A stretch of DNA of 62,958 bases, filler included, from Porpidia crustulata (GCA_964255105.1; 11 parts of 11 records of this genome joined end to end with filler, not necessarily neighbours in it), one strand, 5' to 3'; shown: positions 50,578 through 61,966, numbered from the whole stretch's first letter. The notes: generated by a model from the letters alone, not told the origin. Program-made: numbers and translations.

Positions 50578-50981
50578 CCTTCAACTTATTCTACTCATAT
50601 ATTGAAGATGCTTACTGTACCATATTTCCTTTTAAGCGGTTGTTCTATAATACCAAGTCTCTCCGAAAAGCTCTGTGAATTAGTGAGAGAGGGCCCTTTT
50701 GATGCATTTCTAGCGGCATATCTAGCGTTGAAGCGGCGTTTGAACATTCATAAACTTAAGATATCATTGTGGTAATAGTGTATTGCAAAGACGCCTTGGT
50801 TCATAGCTAGGAGGCTGTTACTCTCTATTGTATTAGTCAATATCAAAATTCGACATCTGTGCTTCTTGGACTATCCTTAACAAAAGTGATCTTAAGCGCA
50901 CACAACCCTTGAACGTCTTCGGCGATATAGATTAATATCTGCAAAAGCTGTCTCTTCCTGCTCAATCTACTATTCTGCATA

Positions 50982-51521
50982 ATGTCTGACCTCATAACCA
51001 CCATATCCCCCTCTAACAACCTTCCTATTATTACCCGCCCCTCACTCTCCCACTCCGAACTCTCCTTACTTCCAACAACCTCAACCCAAGCCTTCAACTC
51101 ATATCGCCTCACCACCCTGTCCCAGCGGCAGACTATCGTTAGTCGCGCTCTTGCACTGATACTCGAGAATCAAGATGAATTGGCCCGCGAGCTTACGGAA
51201 CAAATGGGGCGACCGATTGCGTACGGGAAGACGGAGATCACGACCGCGGTGAAAAGGGGGGAATATATGTTAAAGATCAGCGATGACGCGCTGAGAGATA
51301 CAGATGGGGAGCCAGAGAAGGGATTTAAGAGGTATATACGCAAAGAGCCGGTTGGGCCTGTGCTCGTGCTCTTCGCATGGAACGTAGGTCCTCCCTCAAT
51401 TCCCCTTCCCACGATATTCGCACTGCCCCTCCAAACTATCGAGGCACTTCGAAAGACTGACAATCTCAAAGTACCCGTATCTCATCCTCATCAACTCCCT
51501 CATCCCTGCCCTCCTCGCCGG
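50982..51521 (+). CDS. Aldehyde dehydrogenase family protein, 5' fragment
   Basis: TTISPSNN...ELARELTEQMGRP...RYIRKEPVGPVLVLFAWN/YPYLILINSLIPALLAG. Confidence 0.9.
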
Positions 51522-51621
51522 NNNNNNNNNNNNNNNNNNNNNNNNNNNNNNNNNNNNNNNNNNNNTTAATTAATTAANNNNNNNNNNNNNNNNNNNNNNN
51601 NNNNNNNNNNNNNNNNNNNNN

Positions 51622-54207
51622 TTGCGTGATAGATTGGGTGATTAAGCTGAAACGGGATTGCAAGGTGAATAATTTATTGAAAATTGCTTACCCGAATCGT
51701 CGTTCCCCGGTAACCCCGAGGTATTCGTGCTAAAATACGCTGGGATGTAGGTGTGCGAGCGGTATGAGGAAAGACCCGGTCGGCCGGCATAGTGGTACTG
51801 GAAGACGGTGAGGAAGGATGGCTCGTTGCCGATATAATTCAGGCCTGATTCGTGGAGGTAGTTGAGGCGGGATACGAAGGCGTCGGGCCCGCCCATCAGG
51901 GTGATGAGGGAGGCCATGTCACCCGGAACGAAGCTGGCGTAGGATATGTTAGGCATTTTAATAGCTTTTGATGCGAGGAAGGGAGCTAAATGTGCGGAGA
52001 AGTAGAGAGTTGGATGCTACTTACAAGCTGTACTCCCAGATGCTCGATTCAAAGGTCTCCTGACCGGTGTTCTGTAGCGAGCACGCGACGTCTTGTTCGT
52101 TGGGCAGGTTACTGCACAGTGCTGGATCCTGGAAACCGAAAGTTTGATTGAGATACTTTGGCTGGAAGAACCCGGAATAACCCAAAGACGTTTGATTGGC
52201 CTTGAAAAGGTTCTTCCAGCTACCGGCTCGCTTTTGATACTTTGCCGCATCTGCAGTTTTACCCATTCTTTGGGCCATGGCCGCAATGTTGAAGTCGTTG
52301 TACGAATACTCCAAGGTACGAGAAACACTGCGGGTATAAGTGCCAAAGCCGACGTAGTCAAAATCTTCCGCTGGAATATAATTGAGACTTTTCCAGCTCA
52401 TGAGTCCGCCACGTCCTTCGTTTGACCAGTCCCGAGGCTCGTCTTCGGCATCGTGGACGACGGCTTCATATGCGAGTTCCCAGTCGATGTCGCCTGTAAC
52501 GTTTTTGAGGTAGGCATCTACAATGACGTTGTCGGCGTTTGAGCCACCTTGGGTGAAACCTTTGCAGAGACTCATGCGGCAATCTGGAAGGTAGCCTCCG
52601 TTCTTGTAGATGTTTAGAAGGCCGCGGATCATGCGAGACAAGGAATTGGGATCCAGGATTGTTAAGAAAGGCAGCTGAGATCGGAAGGAATCCCACAAAC
52701 TAACGTTGTCAGCCTGGGTCATTCTGCATTGCGTTCTTTGAGGTCATAATCACCAGTAGAAAGAGTCAAAGTAGGGTTCTGTGCTTTGCCATAGAGCATT
52801 CTCGCCAGTGTAATCTTGGGGGTTGATCAGCCTACATGCTTATCAGTACATAGCACTCCTAACGAGTTTGTTCTGGGTAAAAATCACGTTCGATAGATTC
52901 CACTCCAGAAGATCGTCTGGATATCGTCGCTGACTCCAGGTCCTGGGTCTACTATGATTGGGCTAAACTTCTTCCGCCAGATATCCTCTGCGACCTTCTT
53001 GGTTTTCTCGAAATCCCAATTTGGGATTTCTTTCGCGGCATTTTGACAGGCTTGTTGATTGCTGATGAAGCTGACTCCAACTCGGGCAAGAATCGTCCCA
53101 TTCGAAGTTGGTGGCTGGAACCTTGTGAAGGCACCCCCAGGTAGTGGGTAGCCATTGATTCCTCGAGTGATGAAGAGTTCTTTGGGTCCAGTACCCGCTC
53201 TATCGTTCACAAATATACCATTATCTCGCACGGCTGCTCCTTTAAATTCCGTGCAGAAGTGTAAAGAATACGATCCAGAACCAAAACTTGGAAGGAAGGT
53301 GGCGTTGCCTATTATCTTTCCACTGTCGGCATCCACGGATATAGATCCATTTTGGCGTGAATCAGAAAGGTCTGTCAAGTCCATAAGAATTAGAGGGCTG
53401 AGAGGGCTACCGTCAATAGTCGATGGTGGAAATTGGAATCGAAACAAGGACGTGTGATCCGACACAGTCATGTCAACATTGATGTTACTCGCTAATCCAA
53501 TATTGAAATAGCCAGGGCTGGCTTTCAAGGAGCCATTCAATGTAAGAATACTCCTTGTTCTCTTTGGAAAGAGACAACCGTCAATCTGGTCGTTCTTACA
53601 GCCAGCGTGGGGAAAGAGAGGAAAATTTCCAAGGGAGCCTGACTACTTCGGGTGAGCAAAACTTAGGGTAATTAGGAAGCTATTGGGGAACATTGAATGC
53701 ACTCACACCACCGGTCCCGCTATCGTGCATCTGCGAGAAGCCAGTTACATTGCTGCCTTTTGCACACTTCAATACTCTGCTTATCAAGACTTGAAAGGCC
53801 GTTGTTACCATCGGTTGCAAATCCGCCTATTCAGCAATTAGTGGGAATCCCTCTTTTACCGTAAGTTGTATACCTGTATTCTCCCCATTCACGTCTGCGA
53901 CGGCTTTTGCCATACCTACAAACCATTAGAATTTAGGTAGCGGGCTTGAGGACTTTGGTAACTGACCATAAGGTAGGGTAGCACCGGCGAATACATTCCC
54001 TACTGCAGCGTTAGCGACGGAAAGGCATTCAATAATATACTAGAGCAGTCTCCAGAGAGCAAGGGTACCATAATTGTTGGTACCAATTAGCTGATCGACA
54101 TATTTGAAGACATCAAAGGTACTATTAACCGCATTGATCTTAGATGCTACCATAGGAATACCTATTGTTAGAATGGAAACAAAGACCAAGCTACTAGAAA
54201 AGCGCAT
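51622..54207 (-). CDS. Secreted GH92 alpha-1,2-mannosidase, many introns, 3'-truncated
   Basis: Signal peptide MRFSSSLVFVSILTIG, then YVDQLIGT, NVFAGATLPYG, GFSQMHDSGTGG, WDSFRSQLP, TQGGSNAD, SVSRTLEYSYNDF, IGNEPSF and LPGNDDSG. Confidence 0.94.
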
Positions 54208-55302
54208 GATCGTAGATTATGGTTAGACGAGTACAAAAAAATATGCGATCTAGAGAAATAGTAGTAGAACAGACCCAGCAAAAGAACAGACGTGAGAGGA
54301 CCATGAGGATATATAAACTTGATTTCTTGACAGGGGGAGGTTGTACTGCAGAAATAAGAAGCGGAATTCTACTCTCTAGGTCATCTACCTTGATCACAGA
54401 TGAACTGGAAGTATGGAATAGCCATATCAATCCAGTCATCAGATTGTTCATGCAGATTGCTCATGCAGCGTGCCGAAGAATAATCTCCCTCAACAAAATA
54501 ATCCCAGCGAAGCAAGGAATATCAGACGACAATCGGGAAGTAAGGGAATCTCTTTATGAGGAAGCTATGTAATGTATAAAAACCCTCAATCATGAATCAA
54601 AACAATCGTCCTGCTGACGATGCTGGCGGAGGAAGGTCTGAAGTACAGTTGGGCCACCTCGAGGTCTGCGACTTTCAGCATTTGCGGTGATATTGGAAGC
54701 ATCCTTAATTCGGTGATGAGAACGACAAGATAATCAAATGCACAAAATGGAAGCTGAGACATTTGGAAACGCCGAGGATAGAAAATGGGCCTGCTCATGT
54801 GGCTCATGGCAAGTGACTCGAGCAATCATCGGTCCACGTACACGATCAGTCGCAAAAGGAACCAAAATGTTGTAATCAGCAAATATTTCGAAGGGTGACC
54901 TCGTTGATAGGTGACTATTTCTGAAATGAGATGTCCCTCTCGACCTTCCGAATAGAGCTTTGGACAGCTAAATAAGGTGAAACAGTTTTCGCATTATTGT
55001 TATGCAGCAATGAGCAACGCTTTTAGTACTGTACCGTAATAAACTGTTAGTTCGTAATATTTCAGAATTGGTGCACCTCAACTTCGATCAAAGCTCAACC
55101 TTCCGTGCCCACCAAGATACCTGGACCATCCATTTGCCAAAGCTACAGCATTGACTCATCACTATCATCTGCTACCGTAAAGCCACTCCCACCCTCTGAA
55201 GCCGACCTTTCATTTCGCCGCACTTCTTCAGGACCGTCACAAATTCTACCAACAACTTACATCCTAGAAAGACTCCAGATATTCTCATAAGCCTCATTAA
55301 CA

Positions 55303-56133
55303 ATGTCCGAACGTAAAGTCCTCACCAAGTACTACCCCCCCGACTTCGACCCTTCTAAGATCGCCCGCACCCGTGGTCCCAAAGCCCCCGGCCCCAAAGT
55401 CCAAACCGTCCGCCTCATGGCCCCTTTCAGCATGAAATGCACCACCTGCGGCGAATATATCTACAAAGGCCGCAAATTCAACGCCCGCAAGGAAACCACC
55501 GATGAGAAATACTTCAGCATCGCCATCTACCGCTTCTACATCCGGTGCACGCGCTGTAGCGGGGAAATTACCTTCAAGACGGACCCGAAGAATATGGATT
55601 ACGAGTGCGAGAAGGGTGCGAAGCGGAACTTTGAAGTGTGGAGGGATACATCGAAAGACGGGCAGGAGAAAGAAAGCGAGGAGGAGAGGCTCGAGCGGCT
55701 GGAGAGGGAAGAGGAGGAGCGGGGGGCGATGGAGGAATTGGAGATGAAAGTTGTAGATGCGAAAAGGGAAATGGAGATTGCGGACGCCTTAGACGAGATC
55801 CGAACACGCAACGCGCGCAACGAACGAGCAGCAAAAGACCCTAGCAGACCCAACGAAAGCGACGAAGATCGCCTCGCGAGATTGGAAAAGGAAAAAGTGG
55901 ATCGCGAGATTGATGAGCAGGCCCGACGCGCCTTCGAGACGGAATCCGGAGAGCGGGTGAGGAGGATCGGGGAGGGTGGAGGCGGTGACGAGGGGCTGGA
56001 TGACGAAATTGCTGGAAGGGGGAAGGCAGGCGCGATGCTCCCACCACCACCGCCAACGTTCAAGCGCGCGCCGAAGAAGAAGAGGGATCTATCGGCCGTG
56101 CTGGGGATTAAGAAAAGGCCAGCTTTAGTGTGA
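55303..56133 (+). CDS. YJU2: Splicing factor Yju2/Cwf16 (CCDC94)
   Basis: MSERKVLTKYYPPDFDP...VRLMAPFSMKCTTCGEYIYKGRKFNARKE...YRFYIRCTRCSGEITFKTDPKNMDY. Confidence 0.96.
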   Translation: MSERKVLTKYYPPDFDPSKIARTRGPKAPGPKVQTVRLMAPFSMKCTTCGEYIYKGRKFNARKETTDEKYFSIAIYRFYIRCTRCSGEITFKTDPKNMDYECEKGAKRNFEVWRDTSKDGQEKESEEERLERLEREEEERGAMEELEMKVVDAKREMEIADALDEIRTRNARNERAAKDPSRPNESDEDRLARLEKEKVDREIDEQARRAFETESGERVRRIGEGGGGDEGLDDEIAGRGKAGAMLPPPPPTFKRAPKKKRDLSAVLGIKKRPALV

Positions 56134-57139
56134 GGAACGGCCGATCGGCGACTTTCAGTTCGCACCTCGAAGCGGAAAATTCAAATCCAGAGTATATCCG
56201 CAAGCCCTCGAATGACTGTGACGGCGACAGGCCAGGCAACAATCATTCGGCGCCGTGCTGAAGATTGGGGAATCCAAAGGCACCGTCGCTCTATGTGCAC
56301 ACGTCTCCTGCATCAGCATCCTCGAAGACATCCCATCAGCTGGGCTTTTTAAGAGCCGACGCGCCATATACAGCGCCCTGGCGAGTACAACGCTAGAGAA
56401 GAAGAGGTTGTAATTTACCCGAAATCAATCGACAGATTCCATGGTCACCCTCAACATTACTTAAGAATTGTCCTCAAGCTGGTCATTTGACGCCAGATAG
56501 CTCTCAAAATTCTTGCTATTGTCATCTTTCACTTTCAATAACAATTAGCATTTCGACGCTGCTGTACACGATGCGGAGTAACATGCAGTCTACAGAAATC
56601 CTCAAAACGCGTGCCTGCTCCATTACCCTACAGATCTTCACTAGATCTGCTTCTCACTTTCTCAATTCTCTTTTGTCCCGCGTTCTAAATTGCTGCATCT
56701 ATGCGCTTATTGTATGGTCCGCACATCTCCGTAGCTGTTTGCATGTTGAGAGTTTCCTCCATATAGCCCTAATGATGTCCTTGGGGCGACAGTATGTAGC
56801 TGCTTATAGCCGCCATGATTACCGTGCATGCTTCTTCCACACAGACATATGGTTACTCGGCTCTCAGAAAAAGGACCATCATATAGTGACATCGCTTTGC
56901 GACTCTCGATATAGTTCGAGGGAGTCCAGATGTGGTAGTGATGATCTGATAGCCCGTTGAGCGTGGACAACAGGTCCGAACACTGATGTGTATATTTGAG
57001 CCATATTTCGTTGAAACAAGATCTAATATTCTGTGTATGAAATAGATACAGCACTGAAAATCGTGCAATACTCATCACAAATTTCAACCAACCAACTACA
57101 ATCCCTCCACAACACTACCACCTCAAGCCCCCCTCGAAA

Positions 57140-57241
57140 ATGACCACAGACACCTACATGCTCGAACGCTCCTACCGCGCCTCCGCCCGCCTCAACCTCC
57201 AGCACCACATCTGGACCTCCACCTTCTCCTACCTCCTCCAC
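57140..57241 (+). CDS. Probable SAM-dependent methyltransferase, 5' fragment
   Basis: MTTDTYMLERSYRASARLNLQHHIWTSTFSYLLH resembles the RLNLQH N-terminus of a fungal methyltransferase family; truncated. Confidence 0.6.
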
Positions 57242-57570
57242 NNNNNNNNNNNNNNNNNNNNNNNNNNNNNNNNNNNNNNNNNNNNTTAATTAATTAANNN
57301 NNNNNNNNNNNNNNNNNNNNNNNNNNNNNNNNNNNNNNNNNAAACCCATATGATGATGAAAACTCGCCGATCCTACAACCCTTTTTCCCCAATATGCTTA
57401 AAAAAACCGGAAAAGGGGGATGATGTGGAGGATAACTTTTTCCCTGAACCGACATCGTCTGAACAATCTCCTCGATACCCAATTGAACACCGAAAGAAAT
57501 CAGATTTTGAAGAAGAGTTGGTACTGATGAGAAAAGGTTCTTCCGCTGGGAAACATGGACACGGGTCGAT

Positions 57571-58581
57571 CTACTTTCTCGCATAGCCACCGGATCCCAT
57601 GGTCAGTTCCTGCAGCAATTCGGCCTTGGTTTTCCAGCATTCCAGCTGGAGTTTGAGGGTGTCGCGTTCTTTCTCCGTGGTCGCCAATGCTCGTTCTAGT
57701 TCGTCGATGCGATCGAGGCGTTTTTGGCGATATTTCCGGGCTGAGATTGAGTTGCGCTCGCGTCGGGATGCTTTGCTGGTTGGATCATAGGTTCGAAGTT
57801 TGCCGAAGCCGAGGTGGGGAACTTCGCTTGGAATCTTCATTTGGTGGTAGTTGTTGGGGTGTTGATCATGTGCAGTCGGGTATAATGGTCTTTGGGAGTT
57901 CTGGTCTTTACTGGATTTAGGCCCTGGCGCAGCAGGTTTTATGGTATTCTCAGGACCGCAAGGGGGGTTGGTCGTCGATGGGGTAATCGTCTCTCGGCTC
58001 CAGGTCGGTGGATAAACATCATGTGCTCTCTTTGGCGTGGAGCTAATTTCAGATAATTTGGCTGGCTCAGAAGACGTATTTGAGCACATAGGGGCTATTA
58101 AATCGGAAGGACTATAATTCAATGATGGCCATGGCATGGATTCGTCCTCCAAGCTGGGAAATGGAGTAAGAGACTCGGTATTTCTAGCCTCTAATAGACA
58201 GTCATAACGCGATATTGTGGGCAGTTGTTGTGGCGGAGTGACATTAAATGGGGTAGTAGTTGAAGACGATCCTGTACTCATATACGAAAGGGGTATGGGC
58301 ACGCTCTGAGGAAAACTTTGGGATAAGAAAGACGGAGAAGGAACCGTAACGGACGATGAAATTTCTTCAAAACCACCGCAAAAATCAAGAGACGGCCATA
58401 TTTGATTTAGAGTCGGGTCCGCCGGATTTGAGGAGAAGCCGTTGAAGATATCATCTTGCTGCACGAAACCTGGAGAGCAGTGGTCTTCATGGTGGTCTTT
58501 CTGAGATACTGTATTGTCGTGGTCTAAAGAAGATAATGTAAGTTGTTGATGGGCAGACAGAGTATTGAATGTAGGTGACAG
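57571..58581 (-). CDS. bZIP transcription factor, JlbA/IDI-4-like; start uncertain (possibly non-AUG)
   Basis: C-terminal bZIP RRERNSISARKYRQKRLDRIDELERAL...ERDTLKLQL. The frame is open well upstream of the first in-frame ATG. Confidence 0.8.
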   Translation of the reverse strand: MSPTFNTLSAHQQLTLSSLDHDNTVSQKDHHEDHCSPGFVQQDDIFNGFSSNPADPTLNQIWPSLDFCGGFEEISSSVTVPSPSFLSQSFPQSVPIPLSYMSTGSSSTTTPFNVTPPQQLPTISRYDCLLEARNTESLTPFPSLEDESMPWPSLNYSPSDLIAPMCSNTSSEPAKLSEISSTPKRAHDVYPPTWSRETITPSTTNPPCGPENTIKPAAPGPKSSKDQNSQRPLYPTAHDQHPNNYHQMKIPSEVPHLGFGKLRTYDPTSKASRRERNSISARKYRQKRLDRIDELERALATTEKERDTLKLQLECWKTKAELLQELTMGSGGYARK

Positions 58582-58725
58582 ACATGACTGAATGACGATT
58601 GGCCCTAGATCAGGGCCGTTTTACAGTTTCTACAACGTTGGAAATATTCGAAAGGAAGACCTGATGAAGGAAAATGTAGGTAGGAATTTTTGACGATCAA
58701 ATACTCGGACCCCCTTAGCGAGAGG

Positions 58726-58732
58726 TGAGTCA
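58726..58732. promoter_or_regulatory. TGAGTCA Gcn4/CpcA (AP-1-type) element upstream of the bZIP gene; second copy at 59196-59202
   Basis: Two perfect TGAGTCA motifs lie 5' of a JlbA/IDI-4-like gene, a family known to respond to amino-acid starvation. Confidence 0.45.
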
Positions 58733-58760
58733 CAGTCCAGGTCAATAACCGAGCGCTTGT

Positions 58761-58843
58761 TCCCACCCCCCAACGGTCCGCCATACCTAAGGTTAGGGTT
58801 ATATCGACCATTTTTGATTGAGGCGGACCGTTGAGGGGTGGGA
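58761..58843. repeat. Short palindromic dispersed repeat / mini-MITE, family 2
   Basis: TCCCACCCCCCAACGGTCCGCC ... GGCGGACCGTTGAGGGGTGGGA; homologous to 26171-26253. Confidence 0.75.
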
Positions 58844-59407
58844 CTCATCGATAACAGATAGAAGCAATATCAGAGAATGTATGAAACATCCAGTCGACTC
58901 ACTCGCTTTTCTAATTCATGTGATAGGCATTCGAACACTAACTCTTGAAGCTACTGTCAGAGCATCATAACATTCCAAAAAAATATACACATGCACGGCT
59001 AGTTGAATGTTGTTATTCTCACCCTTGATTCGTCCACCATCGCAGCTGTGTGACTATGTCGTGCTGGCGAATTACTGCATGTTGATAAAGCGCGTCGGAT
59101 GCTGTCGGCTAGCCTCGAATCCGTCGTCCTTTGTAACTCTTTGCTTTTTGCCTTGCGCCTTGTTGCTGCCTCCTGCCAAGCATGCTGCCGGTGGATGAGT
59201 CACAGCATCTATGTTATGCCTGACCAAGGAGCGGTAAGAAGAAGATCATTAATGACAAAGGTAAACCGTCACGGATTGGCCTACTCAGGATGTCAACCTA
59301 CGCAGACATCAGAACTGCCCATTTAGCCATCATTGGTTAGTGTCGATGTGCCTCGAGTCTAGTGCCGCACTAGCGTCTCGACATAGTAGAGACTGGGTTC
59401 TTCTAGG

Positions 59408-59640
59408 CACGCGGGTGAAAAAAACTGATAGTTCAGAAGTTCCACCCGCCCTGAGGAACTTCATCAAATTTACAAGTAAATCTGATTCAAATTTGTCAAA
59501 ACAACGGTTTTAATAAAGCACGACTTGTTATTTATCGAGAATTTGATAATTTATTTCATTATTGAAGCGTTGTGTGTAATATCTAAATTTGGTGAAGTTT
59601 CTCGGGGCGGGTGGAACCTCAGCTTTTTTTCACCCGCGTG
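59408..59640. mobile_element. MITE with CACGCG termini, long imperfect TIRs and 5-bp TSD CTAGG
   Basis: ctagg|CACGCGGGTGAAAAAAA...TTTTTTTCACCCGCGTG|ctagg. The inner arms TTCCACCCGCCCTGAGGAACTTCATCAAATTTA are also inverted. Confidence 0.9.
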
Positions 59641-60056
59641 CTAGGTAAACGGTGATAGACCAACGTCATGCTTGGCACGCTAATTCCCCACAAACGTGCC
59701 TCGGTCCCAGACGAACAAAAGGTGATGGGCAGCTTGACAGGCAGGTTGACTGGCACACCGGGTGGAAATGTTGAGGAATATGAACCGGCAGATTCAGTGA
59801 CATATGTGCTTTATAATATTCAACAACGCCCGACTTGCTGACTGCAGCGAGGCTGAGATGCAGGCAGAATCGTCGCTGCTTTGGCGTTCTTGCCCACAAG
59901 AATTGCTCATTGAAGGAGGCTGAGCCTCGAGCTAAATCACAATTCTTTATCGGGCGCCCTGCCTTGTATAATTATATAGAGTGCACGGATAGCAGGTCTG
60001 AAGCATCAATTTTCACCCTCGTAACCTCACGACAGTAGGTATTCAGTGTCACGAGC

Positions 60057-61787
60057 ATGGCCTCACCAGTATCACCAGGCGAGGTAATCGCACTTGCGAA
60101 GTTTGCTTACCGTCTCTGGAAGTCATGCAAAGCTGCGAAAGGCGAGTTCGACAATATAGCAATGGAAGTTTCCACAACGAACACATTAGTCCAACTCGTT
60201 CATTGCGATCTTGAAGATCCCGAATCGATCATGAACCTTGTTGACAATAAAGAGAAGACCATACGGAAGCAATTAGGCATTCATATCCGCAACTGCAAAA
60301 ATGCGCTGACGGATGTTGAAAACCTGCTAGAGCGTTATAACAACATGTCTGTCCTGGACAAAGCAGCATGGATTCTGTGGGGGCACACGGAAGTTGCCGG
60401 ACTGAAAGCCAACCTTTCATCCTTTACTACCCAGCTAGATAGCTGGATAGCCAGATTGACTCTCAAAGCGGTTGGCTTGGTTAATCGCAATGTTGTGAGT
60501 GGCATCGGACGTATCGAGCAGGAGCTTGAGAAAAACAATGGCAATGACAGAGCCGCAGTGGCAGAAATTATGCGTGATATGAAAAAGTCTGGCGCTTCGC
60601 ATGAGCGATCGAACAGGTACTCGGCGATCATCAGCAGCTATGCCAAGGAGGTATCGAGCTCAGAGAGCTTTAAGAAGACGCAGCGGGCTCGTACGCCTGA
60701 TCCGCCTCGAGGGCGCCATGATACAAACACGCTGGAGGTTCCGAAGGGGCATAACCGAGCTCAGTCCGCGGATACTTTGAAACCCGGTAATGGCTCTACT
60801 GGTAGAAGAAGGGCATCTATTGGCGACCCCGCGCAGAAGAAACCAAAGTATCGCCTTGAATGTTGGCTTATTCAGATCAAGTCGGGTCAGGCTTTGTTTG
60901 TCACGTTTCAGTTGTCGGAGAAGGAGCAACAGATTCGTGGCCAGTGGAAGCTAGAAGAAATGGCGAGCCAGTTCAAGTCGTCCCGGACCCCACATACGTT
61001 AGAAGATGACCACGACCTTGTTCAGTGGGTAGTTAAGGACAGGAAAAAGCACGAACATGATAATGACTACACTTGGTGTCCGCATGCTGCCAAAATAGAG
61101 CGCAAAGGGTCGCTGTCCTTAGGCTTGGGCGTTGAAGAGCAGGCGATGGTAATTATCAAACGACAACGGACGGCTAAAGCGCAGCTAAAATTCGACGAGG
61201 AGCAAGCGATTGCTGCTGCAAAGAGAAAAGCCGAACAGGAAAAGGCGCAGAAGGAGAAACTCCAACGGGAAGCTGCAAAGCGAAAAAAAGATGAAGCTGC
61301 GGCGGAAGCAAAGAAAAAGGAAAGAGAAAAGCGAAAAAAAGACGAAGCCAAGGCGAAAGCGAAGAAAGAGGAAAAAGAAAAGCGAAACAAATTGGAGGAA
61401 GAAAACACAAAGCTGAAGGCGGCCGTTGAAAAGCTCGAGAAGGAGAAACAGTCAAATTTAGGCCCGAACACAGCGCAGGAAAGTAGACAGGGCGAGGTCA
61501 ATGTGCAAACAGAGAAGCGTTCTAAATCCAAGGAACCAAAGTTAAAAAAGGAGGCCGATGCTGAAAAGCCGGCGAAGAAGGAGAATCAACCAAGGCCAGA
61601 ACAGGGCAAGGCACAAGAGTTGGAAAGAGTCAAGGCAAATGGCAAAGGCCAGCGGGTGATTCCGGACATCACCAATGCCAAATCCGAAAATTCCGAAAGG
61701 TCCAACGGCGCTGGCGCCGGCAAGAAACCAACGAATAAGAAGGATGATCGTAATCCAATGAAAGACAAAGATGTGAACAAGATGTGA
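60057..61787 (+). CDS. Hypothetical protein with SesA/HeLo-like (fungal STAND N-terminal) helical domain and Lys/Glu-rich coiled-coil tail
   Basis: 576-aa intronless ORF. The N-terminus SPGEVIALAKFAYRLWKSCKAAKGEFDNIAMEV...CKNALTDVENLLERY is typical of fungal N-terminal helical effector domains. No P-loop is seen. Confidence 0.65.
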   Translation: MASPVSPGEVIALAKFAYRLWKSCKAAKGEFDNIAMEVSTTNTLVQLVHCDLEDPESIMNLVDNKEKTIRKQLGIHIRNCKNALTDVENLLERYNNMSVLDKAAWILWGHTEVAGLKANLSSFTTQLDSWIARLTLKAVGLVNRNVVSGIGRIEQELEKNNGNDRAAVAEIMRDMKKSGASHERSNRYSAIISSYAKEVSSSESFKKTQRARTPDPPRGRHDTNTLEVPKGHNRAQSADTLKPGNGSTGRRRASIGDPAQKKPKYRLECWLIQIKSGQALFVTFQLSEKEQQIRGQWKLEEMASQFKSSRTPHTLEDDHDLVQWVVKDRKKHEHDNDYTWCPHAAKIERKGSLSLGLGVEEQAMVIIKRQRTAKAQLKFDEEQAIAAAKRKAEQEKAQKEKLQREAAKRKKDEAAAEAKKKEREKRKKDEAKAKAKKEEKEKRNKLEEENTKLKAAVEKLEKEKQSNLGPNTAQESRQGEVNVQTEKRSKSKEPKLKKEADAEKPAKKENQPRPEQGKAQELERVKANGKGQRVIPDITNAKSENSERSNGAGAGKKPTNKKDDRNPMKDKDVNKM

Positions 61788-61879
61788 GGCAGTTGTTGAA
61801 TGCGGTGTACTTCGAGGACCTGTGGAAGGACTTTGAGACGTTTGAAGAACAGAGACTTCACATTTCACAGATTTCCATT

Positions 61880-61966
61880 ACGATTTAGCCGAAGCTTTCT
61901 CTAAAGTCGGTTAGTCATACTATCCTTTGTTTGAAAGCACAAGCTTACCAACTGAGCTAATACCGC
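61880..61966 (-). pseudogene. Degenerate tRNA (Phe-like) 5' half containing a 48-nt spliceosomal-type intron at position 18/19
   Basis: GCGGTATTAGCTCAGTTG|GTAAGC...ATGACTAAC...TTTAG|AGAAAGCTTCGGCTAAA. The 5' exon resembles eukaryotic tRNA-Phe (GCGGxTTTAGCTCAGTTG-GGAGAGC). No intact T arm is found downstream. Confidence 0.6.

Noticed and set aside
5652..57341. Regularly spaced TTAATTAATTAA within N runs about every 5.7 kb, resembling a repeat array or piggyBac TTAA sites
   Set aside because: These are artificial contig linkers; the regular spacing reflects size-sorted contigs.
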